Source of the DNA: Antedon mediterranea
Taxonomy: Eukaryota > Animalia > Echinodermata
Assembly (NCBI RefSeq): GCF_964355755.1
Contig: NC_092678.1
Coordinates: 17,341,881 to 17,405,880, forward strand
Length of the DNA: 64,000 bases
Direction of reading: 5' to 3'
Shown: positions 27,328 to 41,081 of the stretch, piece after piece
Numbering within the stretch: the first letter of the stretch is position 1
Layout of the letters: the number at the start of each line of letters is the position of its first letter
Program-made: the position numbers and the translations under genes
Notes under the pieces: model-generated
Told to the model about the DNA's origin: nothing
Seen by the model: the letters and a program-made list of their open reading frames with translations, nothing else
The model's database searches: none

Positions 27328-28275
27328 TACTCATGGTTTGTGAAAGAATATTTCATTATTCCAATGTCACAACTAAAATGGGAAGAGTACTTCAATGATA
27401 ACAACATTGATTGGAAAACTTCTTGGTTACGGAAAGTATGTAAAATGAAAGATAAGAAACTAGCACAATTCAATTATAAGATGTTACATAGAATACTGCC
27501 TACCAACAAACGGCTGTACCAGTGGAAAGTTAAGGAAACACAAACGTGTGACAAATGTGGAGAAATTGAAAATGAAAATCATTTGTTTTTTAGTTGTGGA
27601 TTTATTCAGAAATATTGGAGGAAAATGTTTAGTATCTTTGTAAGTTTAAATCACAATAATATATCATTTAAACAATTAATACTAGGAACGGGAGATAAGC
27701 TAATAGATTATATTTACACTTTTTCAGCAATATACTATTTATAGAATAAAAATGTTATCTGCACTAAATAAGCCAGTGGGTAAATCTTTATGGAATTCAT
27801 TTAAAAGCAATATGTTATATATCATTGAATGTGAAACATATAAAAATAAAGAAACAAGTATAGAAAAATGGGTAGCTTTAAGAAATAAGATTATGATAAT
27901 ATAATTTCTAATTTGATACGATTAACCGAAAAAGAATTACAGTGATACGGGTTACTGGTGGTACTGAGCTATTATTGGTTTTTTTTATCATGTATATAAA
28001 TATATTGTATAATCCGGGTTGTAAAATGAAAACAAACAAATGAAAATGTGTGAACTATTTTAAAACGGGATAGATGATAATGATGATCCTGTCAAGTGTA
28101 TAACAAATATAAGAAAAGTAATGAAAAAAGGAGTAATACAGAATTCATAATATGTAAAAATGTTACTTATGAACTGTAACGACATTTACAAGTTAAATAA
28201 TACGATTTTATGTAATATGAGATAATATGAATGTGAATAAAAGTGGTGTTTGCGCCACAAAAGAGAAAAAAAAAA
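27328..28275 (+). mobile_element. 5'-truncated L1/Tx1-clade LINE (zf-RVT region, 3' UTR, poly-A)
   Basis: KW...IDWK...FNYKMLHRILPTNKRLYQWK...CDKCGEIENENHLFFSC...YW (CCHC, zf-RVT); AATAAA at ~28236; A-rich tail ending at 28275. Confidence 0.9.
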
Positions 28276-29797
28276 TGTGTTAATTAATGAGATGTAAAGC
28301 ACATTTTAGCATGAGAAAGTGAAAATATGGAGGGAAAGAAAACATAAAGTGTAGACACAATTATCACCTCACAAGCAATCTATTGCTGACCCAGTGTGAA
28401 GCCAGAAATCAAGAGTTGTTCCTGCTCCCCAATTATTGTGGTCCCTTTATTTATAAAACTTGAAAAGCAGAAAAAGGGGAGGAGGTGTATGTTTGTTTGT
28501 TGGCAGACTATAACGCTGGTTCAGATTTTAAGTTAAGTTTATCTTACGGACGGATAACGCTAATAATGTACGTACCACAACATTAGGTAACCGATGCGCC
28601 CCCATTATGACACGTGTCAATAAAGAACAAGTGCTATTCCACTGTACGGAAGGATAGCTACCCAATGCCTCTCATAATAACATTATTTTTCATTCAATAA
28701 CATATACTAATAATGATGATAATAATTTACTCTAAAACAAACGAATACAAGTAGGCCTCATTACACACAATACAACTACATACAGGAGCTTGTGTTAAAA
28801 TAAAGGTTTAGTGATCAATCATAATCAAACAAAAACGGGCATATTATATTATTTTAGTTTTGGATGAATATTCTGTCTTTACAAAGGTTACACCCCCCGG
28901 GGAAATTTGGCGACCGGCACTCCAAAAAGCTGGTAACATCCCTGCGTTATTATATGAATACCTGCAAATATTGAAAAAAAAGACACACATTTCAAACTGA
29001 TTGATTTAAAACAATATATTAATAATAATACTGTACAACAATACAATAAATAGATAACCACTACATTTGTCTGATATATTTCACAGTAGGCCTACAGTTA
29101 TTTGTATTCAGCATTTCAGTGGGCGATTTAGACTTCGTTTGGCACTCGAAACAATGTCAAATGAAAGGCAAGCTAATATTGCCATGAGGAGGTGCAAATC
29201 TGAGGGAGCAGAAAATATAAAGTGAACAATTCCAAACAGATATCACCTCAACTTTATTTATAAAACTTGAAAATCAGAAAAAAAAGGGGAGAAGATAGTG
29301 TATTATTTGTGGTTGTTGCCAGATGCCTAAACTCTAGAAAATGATAAATTAAGTTTATCTTACGGACGGATAACGCTAATAATAACAATTATTAATTCAT
29401 AGTTATGCTTTATAGCTTTTTGAGGGTTTTTTTTCGTGCACTTAGAAGAACTTATTTAAAGTGCATTTTAAGTATTGTTTTTCTTCTAGATTATTTCAGT
29501 CATCACAATAGTTAATGTTTGTTTAATTTGGAGGTTCAGACTTAAACACAAAGTACCAATGTATAAAGTGCACTATGCTGTGTGAAATAAAACTGAAACT
29601 GAATGTACGTACCACCACATTAGGTAACCGATGCGCCCTCATTATGACGATTTTTTTAGAGAAAGATACAAACCATCTGTTGCGCGTGCGAATAAAGAAC
29701 ACGTGCAGCTATTCCACCGTACGAAGTGAAAGATAACAAATGCCTCTCATAATAACATTATTTTTCATTTAATAATATTTACTAATAATGATAATAA

Positions 29798-30850
29798 CAA
29801 CTAGATTTGAACTCGTAACTATGGACGAGTTAGGTTATCCGCAGCGAAAATGCCACGTGTACGTCATACTTTAGAATATTGCGCACAGAAAAACGATTAT
29901 GCCATTGAAAAAATGTTAGTGTGCTCTCAATTATATGTCACGTCTAAGTATATAGAGTATACACTATATATCTGTATACGTACTACAACCAGTGCAGAAT
30001 AGGTGAAAATACCGGGACCCGCTTTGTCATCCAATTTTTACCATGATGATGTCATCAAAATGAAACACGTAGATAGCAATTTTGGAAGGAAATTATCTGA
30101 GCAACAACATATCGTGTTGAAAAAATTTGGATACGTAGAATACGGAAGCGCGCTCTTTTAAATGTCATGAACTATGACGCAAAATATGAAATTACGACTT
30201 TTATAATTGAACTGGCCATATGATGACGTCACAACATCCAAATCGCATAATTTGTACATGATTTCCAGCTTCCAGAAAACGTTTTAATCATGTGTATCAC
30301 TTTTTATTCTGATGAGCTATAATAAATTTAAATTTATTGGAATGATGAAAAAAAATGATCAAAGTTATTCACGCTTTTGAACATGATGAAGTCATCGCAA
30401 TTTTAAAAATTGTAAATCAAGCGAAAGATAATTGATTGACCTAGACAATATAAAAAAATGGTGGGAAATGGAATATGGATAAGTGGAGATGCGTTCTATT
30501 AAATGTGATGAGCTATGACAAAAGAGACAACAATCCTATATTTTATATTCGAGTGGCCATACGATGACGTCACAATGTCTAGTTAGCCATATTGATACAT
30601 GATCCGATATCAACAACTCATCTACTTCCAGAATATGTAAAAAAATAAACTTCACCATGTAGTTTAGAAACTATGACTGTTTTAAAAAAGGCATAATTAT
30701 GACGATTTATTTTACTTTTTCAGCAAAAACGAGCGCAAATTGTCCAATTCGACGTGCTCGTACGACGTGATTTTAAGTCGAAATTGTTTGAAAGCTGGTA
30801 AAATTACTAGAAAATACTGGAAAAACATAAATCACGCGAAAAAAAATAAC
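29798..30850 (-). mobile_element. Non-coding Helitron-like insertion, copy 1
   Basis: The minus-strand end has a hairpin (aactcgt...acgagtt) a few bases before CTAG (29801-29804). Internal duplicated ggccata(t/c)gatgacgtcacaa. Absent from the related module copies. Confidence 0.5.
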
Positions 30851-33800
30851 ATTTACTAATAATGATAATAATAATTATACGAATAGGAAAAAGGGTAAAA
30901 AATAAAATAATGTGACAATAAGTGTGGTTACATTACAACGAAAATATACTATTTTCAAAAGTATGATAAACAAGAGAAGGCACTCACAGTGCTGTCAATG
31001 ATGTCAAACCATCAAACACATTGGCTGGTAATGTTGTTATTTGGTTATAGGACAACGATCTGAAAACCGAGAAAAATGCAATACATAAGTTTAGTTTTGG
31101 ATGAATATTCTGTCTTTGCAAAGGATAAAAAATGAAATTATGTGACAATAAGTGTGGTTTTATTACAACGAAAATATACTATTTTCAAAAGTATTATAAA
31201 CAAGTGAAACATTCGAACACATTTGCTGGTAATTGTTGTTATTTGGTTATTGGCCAACCACCTGAAAATTGTGAAAAATGTAATAAATAATATATACAGT
31301 ACCAAGGGATAGGATGATAAAACATTATATATTTTATATATAATTTAGAAAAACAAACAAAACATAACAATAAATATCTTATTGTGCTAGCAGAGGTCAA
31401 GTCCAATTAGGCGTGTCATTCCAGAAGTGAAACCATTACAAGGTATATACAAGGACATACTAATACTTGTTTAATGTTACTTTAGCTCGTATTATCATGT
31501 TATTTGCATGTTTTAGCTGTTTTTCATTAACTTCTTCTACATGATATATAATTATGTTTTATCTATATTTTACTGTAATCATGTTGTACTTTGCATATCA
31601 TATGATGACATAGATCAATATCTACGATACAATACAACAGTTAAATGACGATGATCCATGTGTTCTGCTATATTTTTACGTTTCGTTATGGCCGCCGATG
31701 GTGCTACAGTAACTGAATTAAATAGTCTTGAGTTCGCATAAACAATGCCAAAATAGAAAAACTCAAAAAGAGCAAAAAGAAAGATATTACATTTGAACGT
31801 ATTACGCATGAAACAGACATATTTCATTGAAGTATTAATTCCTAAAATAAAATAATTGTTTTATGAGGAAAAGAGTTAAACTGACGTTTTCATGAGAGGA
31901 AGATATATAATATTTGTTCCTCATGCAAAATAAGCTTATTACAACACTATTACACTAAAGCATAAAGTTACACTTAACTGTGCTTTAAAATAAACATAAT
32001 TAAAAGCATTACACAGTATAGGCCTAATAGTTTACCCGATAAAAATTTCTGATTTGTCCAAATTTCTTTTAAAAAAATCTGACAAATATAAACATGAAGA
32101 AATAAGAAACAATGTCGTTAATATACATCAGACGTAAGAATAATGACATCAATTTTCGATAATCATAAGGACGAGTTTTCGAATGATTCTCTCATTTGTG
32201 CCCATGGAATTGATATTTCCTAAGTTCACCTAACTACGGAGGATTAACGCTTTTATATTATGACTACATTAATCATAATGTTTAATGATGCTGTGTTATC
32301 GAATTGTCTATGTTACTGGAGAAATCGGGATACAGTACCAATAATCAGGTGTGTTAGACCGGAATACGTTACTCCGGCTTAAAATGGAGGTCTTTGCTTC
32401 AACCACGTTCTGAAATGTGTCTGTAAGATTATGTTAGGCAAAAACAACACCTTGTATACCATAGCAGCCTGGTGTAGAGACCTATGTATTGCCTTCGCTA
32501 AATCCTTTCTTAAACTTGTTCCCACTTATACCTTCTAGAGGAATGTTATCCATAGATATAACCCTAATATACTGCTGATTGGATTCGTCATATTATAATT
32601 GTAACACAATGTGTCATAGAACTGTTCGTTATACCATGGTAGTATGTGGTGCAATTAATTAAAGAATTATATGAGTTGTAAATAGTTTACACAAAGTGCA
32701 ACACAGTGTGACGTATTATCTGCTACAATATCTAATGATTACACATTTTTAATAATTATGTAAATTCTCATTTAATAAAACATACCACTTATAATAACAA
32801 ATTACCGTATTAAACGTACAAATCAAAGTATAAAAACAATAAGTATATAGTACCAACGGAAATTACGATAAAAAAATATCTATTTATTAATTTCGAATAT
32901 ACAAAAAAAAAAATAACAACAAACTATCTATATTGTGCCAACAGAGGCCAAAAAGGCTTAGGTCCAATTAGGCGTGTCACTCTGACAGTGAAACAATTAC
33001 AAGGTATAATTGATATAATACTAATGTTAATGTTACTTTATCTCGTATTATCATTTCATGTTTTTCATTAACTGTCTTTGCATGATTATAACAATGTTTT
33101 ATCTAGATTGACTGTAATCATGTTGTACTTTCCATATCATATGATTTCTAGACATAGATCAATATCTACGATACCGGTACAATACAACCGTTAAATGACG
33201 ATGATCCATGTATTCTGCTATATTTTTATTTTTCATTATGGCCGCCGATGTTGCTACAGTAACTGAATTAAATACCGTAATCGCATAAACAATGTCAAAA
33301 TAGAAAAACTCAAAAAGAGCAAAAAAAAAAAGATATTACATTTGAACGTATTACACATGAAACAGACATATTTCATAGAAGTATTAATTCCTAAAACAAA
33401 ATAATTGTTTTTATGTTTAACTCTATGCCTAATAGAGTTAAACTGACGTTTTCATGAGATGAAGATATATACTATTTGTTCCACGTGCACAATAAGCTTA
33501 TAAAACTATTGCAGATTATACGTGAATCGGACCGGTGACGAGTCGGTGACAAACCGAACGGATCATCCAGGAGTTCTGAAACGTCTGGCCAAGTGCGCTC
33601 TCTTTGCGCAGTATTATACGGAGGCGTGTCTATTTTTGTTTTCGTATCTAATTTTGGCTTTAAAAACATGTCAGCCCAAAATAATCGCTACCCCTGGATC
33701 CGCCCCGTCGGAATATTGTCGATATAAAATGATGGAGGTTCAGACGTTCTGTGGTACATTTAAATTGTATTATTTGTATTCCCTCTTTAAACTTCATCTT

Positions 33801-35673
33801 AATTTCAATATAATAATATCAATTAAGTAATATTGTTTACTTAGAAGTGTGCCAGTTATTAAGCACTGAAGAAAACAAAATCAGAAAAATGTAAACACAT
33901 GTTACCAGGTTTTTTTAAAACATTAATAAAGCTAAGTGTGTTAATTAATGAGATGTAAAGCACATTTTAGCATGAGGAAGTGAAAATATGGAGGGAAAGA
34001 AAACATAAAGTGTAGACACAGATATCACCTCACAAGCAATCTATTGCTGACCCAGTGTGAAGCTAGAAATCAAGAGTTGTTCCTGCTCCCCAATTATTGT
34101 GGTCCCTTTATCTATAAAACTTGAAAAGCAGAAAAAAGAGGAGGAGGTGTATGTTTGTTTGTTGGCAGACTATAACGCTGGTTCAGATTTTAAGTTAAGT
34201 TTATCTTACGGACAGATAACGCTAATAATGTACGTACCACAACATTAGGTAACCGATGCGCCCCCATTATGACACGTGTGAATAAAGAACAAGTGCTATT
34301 CCACTGTACGGAAGGATAGCTAACCGATGCCTCTCATAATAATATTATTTTTCATTCAATAACATATACTAATAATGATAATAATAATTTACTTTAAAAC
34401 AAACGAAAGGTTGTAGTCAAGAGGCAGGAAACTGCAGGTGTTGTTTATTGCCTTTAGACATAAACAGGTACCACCGTACGAGAATCGGGTGTCCAACGGA
34501 CGAGTACCATGTGTGTATATCGGGAACAAAGCTATTATAAAGTGTACAGATTTTACAGACTATGTCTACGACACATAATATGTTGTATGACAAGAATTAA
34601 TGAATATGAGTCCGATAATTGTACAGAGTATCAAACAACTACATGTGGATTATTAAACATTTTGACAAACATAGCGTTTCATACGTATAGTACGTGTACA
34701 CACTTTATAGAAAACATTGAAACGCGACAACAGAAAAAAGACAATAACAGAGACTTGGGACAAGTCTATACAGTATTAATTTACAGTATTGAAAGTGATG
34801 AAGCAAAAGCAGAAAATGCACCTTGATCTATGGTAGTTATGGCATTATCGTTTAAATACCTACAGATATTGAAAAAAAAAAGACATTTCAAATTATTAAT
34901 AATAATACTGTACAACAATACAATAAATAGACAACCACTACATTTGTCTGCTATATTTCACAGTACAGTTATTTGTATTCAGCATTTCAGTGGGCGATTT
35001 AGACTTCGTCTGGCACTCGAAACAATGTCAAATGAAAGGCAGACTAATATTGCCGAGAGGAGGTGCAAATCTGAGGGAGCGGAAAATATAAAGTGTACAA
35101 TTCCAAACAGATATCACCTCAACTTTATTTATAAAACTTGAAAATCAGAAAAAAAGGGGAGAAGGTAGTGTATTATTTGTGGTTGTTGCCAGATGCCTAA
35201 ACTCTAGAAAATGATAAATTAAGTTTATCTTACGGACGGATAACGCTAATAATAACAATTATTAATTCATAGTTATGCTTTATAGCTTTTTGAGGTTTTT
35301 TTTCGTGCACTTAGAAGAACTTATTTAAAGTGCATTTTAAGTATTGTTTTTCTTCTAGATTATTTCAGTCATCACAATAGTTAATGTTTGTTTTATTTGG
35401 AGGTTCAGACTTTAAACACAAAGTACAAATATACAGTATAAAGTGCACTATGCTGTGTGAAATAAAACTGAAACTGAATGTACGTACCACCACATTAGGT
35501 AACCGATGCGCTCTCATTATGACGTTTTTTATAAGAGAAAGATACAAACCATGTGTTGCGCGTGCGAATAAAGAACAAGTGCAGCTATTCCACCGTACGG
35601 AGGGAAAGATAACCAATGCCTCTCATAATAACATTATTTTTCATTTAATAATATTTACTAGTAATGGTAATAA

Positions 35674-36742
35674 CAACTAGATTTTAACTCGTCACTATGA
35701 ACGAGTTAAGTTATCCGCAGCACAAACGCCACGTGCACGTCATACTTTAGAATATTGCGCACACAGAAAAACGATTATGCCATTTAAAAAATGTTAGTGT
35801 GCTCTCTATTTTGTGTCACGTCTAAGTATATAGAGTATACACTATATCTCTGTATACGTACTACATACAGTGCAGAATAGATGAAAATACCGGAACCCGC
35901 GTTTTCATCCAATTTTTACAATGATGATGATGATACAATGTGATAGCAATTTTGCAAGGAAATTATCTGAGCAACAACGTATCAACGTGTTGAATAAATT
36001 TGGATACGTAGAATACGGAAACACGCTCTTTTAAATGTCATGAACTATGACGCAAAATATGAAATTAATTAAAATTAATTATAATTGAACTGGCCATATG
36101 ATGACGTCACAACATTCGATTCGCATAATTTGTACATGAATTCCTATCTACAATTCAACAGCTTCCAGAAAACGTTTTAATCATGAGTATCACTTTTTAT
36201 TCTGAGGAGCTATAATAAATTTAAATTTATTGGAATGATGAAAAAAAGTGACCAAAGTTATTCACGCTTTTGAACATGATGAAGTCATCACAATTTTAAA
36301 AGTGGTAAATCATGCGAAAGATAATTGATTGACCTAAACAATATAAACATATGGGGGAAAATGGAATATGGATAACTGGAGATGCGCTCTATTAAATGTC
36401 ATGAGCTATGACAAAAGAGACAAAAATCCTATATTTTATATTCGAGTGGCCATACGATGACGTCACAATGTCTAGTTAGCCATATTGATACATGATCCGA
36501 TATCAATAACTCATATACTTCCAGAATATGTAAAAAAAAAACTTCACCATGTAGTTTAGAAACTATGACTGTTTTAAAAAAGGCATAATTTTGACGATTT
36601 TTTTTTACTTTTTCATCAAAAACGGGCGCAAATTGTCCAATTCGACGTGCTCGTATGACGTGATTTTAATTCGAAATTGTTTGAAAGCTGTTAAAATTAC
36701 TAGAAAAGGCTGAAAAAACATAAATCACTTGAAAAAAATAAC
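35674..36742 (-). mobile_element. Non-coding Helitron-like insertion, copy 2 (duplicated with its flanks)
   Basis: Colinear with 29798-30850 at the same host position; CTAG at 35677-35680. Confidence 0.5.
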
Positions 36743-39359
36743 ATTTACTAATAATGATAATAATATTTATACGAATAGGGCAAAGGGTAAAAAATAAAAT
36801 GATGTGACAATAAGTGTGGTTATATTACAACGAAAATATACTACTTTCAAAAGTATGATAAACAAGAGCAAACACTCACAGTTCTGTCAATGATGTCAAA
36901 CCTTCAAACACATTCTCTGTTAATGTAGTTATTTGGTTATGGTTTAACCACCTGAAAACAGTGAAAAAATGCAATAAATAAGTACAGTATATATATAGTA
37001 CCAAAGAATAGTAAGATAAAAATTATCTATTTTATTAATTTAGAAATACTTTCCATATCATATGATTTCTGGATGTAGATCAATATCTAATGCATTAAAT
37101 AAGTATATATACAGTACCAAAGGATAGTACGATAACAAAAAATATTTTTTAAATTTCGAAATACAAACAAAATATAACAACATATATCTATATTGTGCCA
37201 ACAGAGGTCATAAACGGCTTATGTCTAATTAGGCGTGTCACTCCAGCAGTGAAACCATTACAGGGTATATACAAGGACATAATAATATTTGTTTAATGTT
37301 ACTTCAGCTCGTATTATCATTAGTTGCATGTTTTAGCTGTTTTTCTTTAACTGCTTTTACATGATATAACTATGTTTTATCTGGAATTACTTTAATCATG
37401 TTGTACGTTCCATATCATATGATGACATAGATCAATATCTACGATACAATACAACCGTTTAATGCCTATGATCCATGTGTTCTGCTATATTTTTACGTTT
37501 GGTTATGGCCGTCGATGGTGCTACAGTAACTGAATTAAATAGTCTTGTTCGCAAACAATGCCAAAATAGAAAAACTCAAAAGGAGCAAAAAGAAAGATAT
37601 TACATTTGATCGTATTACGCATGAAACAGACATATTTCATTGAAGTATTAATTCCTAAAATAAAATAATTGTTTTTATGAGAAAAAGAGTTAAACTGACG
37701 TTTTCATGAGAGGAAAATATACAATATTTGTTCCTCGTGCACAATAAGCATATTACAACACTATTACACTAAAGCATAAAGTTACACTTAACTGTGCCTT
37801 AATACCGTTTAATAGTTCACCCGATACAACATTCTGATTTGTCCAAATTAAAAAAAAAAATCTGACAAATATAAACATGAAGAAATAAAAAGCAATGTCA
37901 TTAATATCAGACTTATGAATAATGACATCAAATTTCGATAATCATAAGGACGAGTTCTCGAATGATTCTCTCTTTGTGCCGATGGAATTGATATTTCCTA
38001 AGTTCACCTAACTACGGAGGAATAACGCTGTTCATGTACGTACCACACTACATTAGATAACAGATGCCTCACATAATTACGTTTTCATGAGAGGAAGATA
38101 TATCACATTTGTTCCGTGTTAACAATAAGCTTATTACAACACTATTGCAAATCATATATGAAATGATACAATATGTCATAGTTCACTACTGTAGTGGAGT
38201 TTTAACGCAAACGTATACGTACCACCACACTATATAGATAACAAATGGCTCTTATAATGACGTTTTCTTAGAGGAAGATATATAACATTTGTTCCGCGTG
38301 CAAAATAAGCTTATAACGCTATTGTAGATTATTCGTGAATCGAAACAATTATGTTCAGTGTGCCTATTCCTTCTTGTTTTACTGTGGACAACCGCATAGA
38401 GAAACTTTAACATTTAACGCCATGCATCTGGATTGTCTGTGATTTTAAAGGATGTCAATGCTATCTCCACATATGACAATTATTTCAATTTTGTAATACA
38501 GAATCTCAAATGTATCACATGTGGTTCTTGTATCATTAGGTTAAGAATAAACATTTAAAATAATTATATAATTTCTCATTTAATAAAACATACCAGTTAT
38601 ACAACAAACTACGTACAGGAGCTCGAGCTTGTGTTAAATTAGTACATATGTTCTATCATTTATATTAAGAATACATTAATCATAATGTTTAATGATGCTG
38701 TATTATCAAATTTTAATGTTACTGGAGAAATCGAGATACAATACCGATAATCGGGTGTGTTAGACCAGAATACGTTACTCCTGCTTAAAATGGAGGCCTT
38801 TCCTTTAACCACGTTCTGAAATGTGCCTGAAAGATTAGGCAAAAGCAACACCTTTTATACCATAGCAGCCTGGTGTAGAGACCTATGTATTGCCTTCGCT
38901 AAATCCTTTCTTAAACTTGTTCCAACTTATACCTTCTAGAGGAATGTTATCCATATATATAACCCTAATATACTGCTGATTAGATTCGTCATTTTATAAT
39001 TGTAACACAATGTGTCATAAGAACTGTTCGTTATACCATGGTAGTATGTGGTGCAATTAATTAAAGAATTATATGATTTGTAAATATTTTAGACAAAGTT
39101 CAACACAGTGTGACGTATTATCTGCTACAATATCTAATGATTACACATTTTTAATAATTATGTAATTTCTCATTTAATAAAATATACCACTTATAATAGC
39201 AAATTACCGTATTAAACGTACAAATCAAAGTATAAAAACAATAAGTATATACAGTACCAACGGAACTTAATTATTCTTACCAAGAAATAATACTTTAAGA
39301 ACAATATTCTTACCAAGAATTTAATTGCTTTTTTCATTCTTGTTTTAAGCAGTATCTGC

Positions 39360-40870
39360 CTTAAAATAAGTAACAATTTATCGATTTTTTAAAATAGAAT
39401 TCTTGTTTAAAGCAATATTTTTCTTAAAATAAGTAAGAATATTCCGATTTGTATTTTTTTGAATTCTTGTTTCAAGCAATATATTTCTTAAAATAAGTAA
39501 GAATATTCCGATTTGTATTTTATAGAATTCTTGTTTCAAGCAATATATTTCTTAAAATAAGTAAGAATATTCCGATTTGTATTTTTTTGAATTCTTGTTT
39601 CAAGCAAGATATTTCCTAAAATAAGTAAGAATATTCCGATTTGTATTTTATAGAATTCTTGTTTCAAGCAATATATTTCTTAAAATAAGTAAGAATATTC
39701 CGATTTGTATTTTTTTGAATTCTTGTTTCAAGCAAGATATTTCTTAAAATAAGTAAGAATATTCCGATTTTTATTTTTTGAATTCTTGTTTCAAGCAATA
39801 TTTTTCTTAAAATAAGTAAGAATATTCCGATTTGTATTTTTTGAATTCTTGTTTCAAGCAATATTTTTCTTAAAATAAGTAAGAATATTCCGATTTGTAT
39901 TTTTTGAATTCTTGTTTCAAGCAATTTTTTTCTTAAAATAAGTAAGAATATTCCGATTTGTATTTTTTGAATTCTTGTTTCAAGCAAAATATTTCTTAAA
40001 ATAAGTAAGAATATTCCGATTTTTATTTGTAGAATTCTTGTTTCAAGCAATATTTTTCTTAAAATAAGTAATACAGGGTATTCCGATTTGTATTTTTTAG
40101 AATTCTTGTTTTAAGCAATATTTTTCTTAAAATAAGTAAGAATATTCCGATTTTTAATTTTAATATTCTTGTTTCAAGCAATATATTTCTTAAAATAAGT
40201 AAGAATATTCCGATTTGTATTTTTTGAATTCTTGTTTCAAGCAATATTTTTCTTAAAATAAGTAAGAATATTCCGATTTGTATTTTTTGAATTCTTGTTT
40301 CAAGCAATATTTTTCTTAAAATAAGTAAGAATATTCCGATTTGTATTTTTTGAATTCTTGTTTCAAGCAATATGTTTCTTAAAATAAGTAAGAATATTCC
40401 GATTTTTATTTGTAGAATTCTTGTTTCAAGCAATATTTTTCTTAAAATAAGTAAGAATATTCCGGTTTGTATTTTTTAGAATTCTTGTTTTAAGCAATAT
40501 TTTTCTTAAAATAAGTAAGAATATTCCGATTTATATTTTTAGTTTTCTTGTTTCAAGCAATATATTTCTTAAAATAAGTAACAATATTCCGATTTTTATT
40601 TGTAGAATTCTTGTTTCAAGCAAAACTTTTTTTTAAAATAAATAAACAAGAAGTCTATCAAATAAAAACCAGTAAATGTTTACTTATTTTAAGAAAAGTA
40701 TTGCTTGAAACAAGAATTCTATCAAATTAAAATTCGTAAATTCTTACTTATATTGCGAAAAAAATTGCTTGAAACAAGAATTCTATAAAATATAAATCAC
40801 TAAAAATTTATTTTAAGAACGATAAATAAATTCTCATTTTAAGTAATATTTTACTTAAACAAATAAATTC
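39360..40870. repeat. 63-64-bp tandem array (~20 copies) followed by ~2 inverted copies
   Basis: Unit cttaaaataagtaagaatattccgatttgtattttttgaattcttgtttcaagcaatattttt. From ~40680 it reads cttattttaag...ttgcttgaaacaagaattc (reverse complement). Confidence 0.95.
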
Positions 40871-41081
40871 AAGAATGTTATAAAACATAATATTAACAAT
40901 ACTGTTATTTTCATTAAGAACTACAATTTACATGACATTAGGTACAATAATATATACAACTTCTTTAAAACAAACTTGTTTTTATTAATAATAAAATGCC
41001 ATCAAAAGAAAACTTAAAAACATTAAAATGGTAAAATACAAATTTCGTAAAATTCTTCTCCCGCACATGGGCTTTAAACTA

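Noticed and set aside
28888-28945. Possible hAT/MITE terminus (...ctggtaacatccctg)
   Set aside because: Too short; no partner end or TSD.
34408-34855. Copy-specific ~450-bp segment and ORF 34509..34826
   Set aside because: No recognisable motif, termini or TSD; probably an unidentified repeat fragment.
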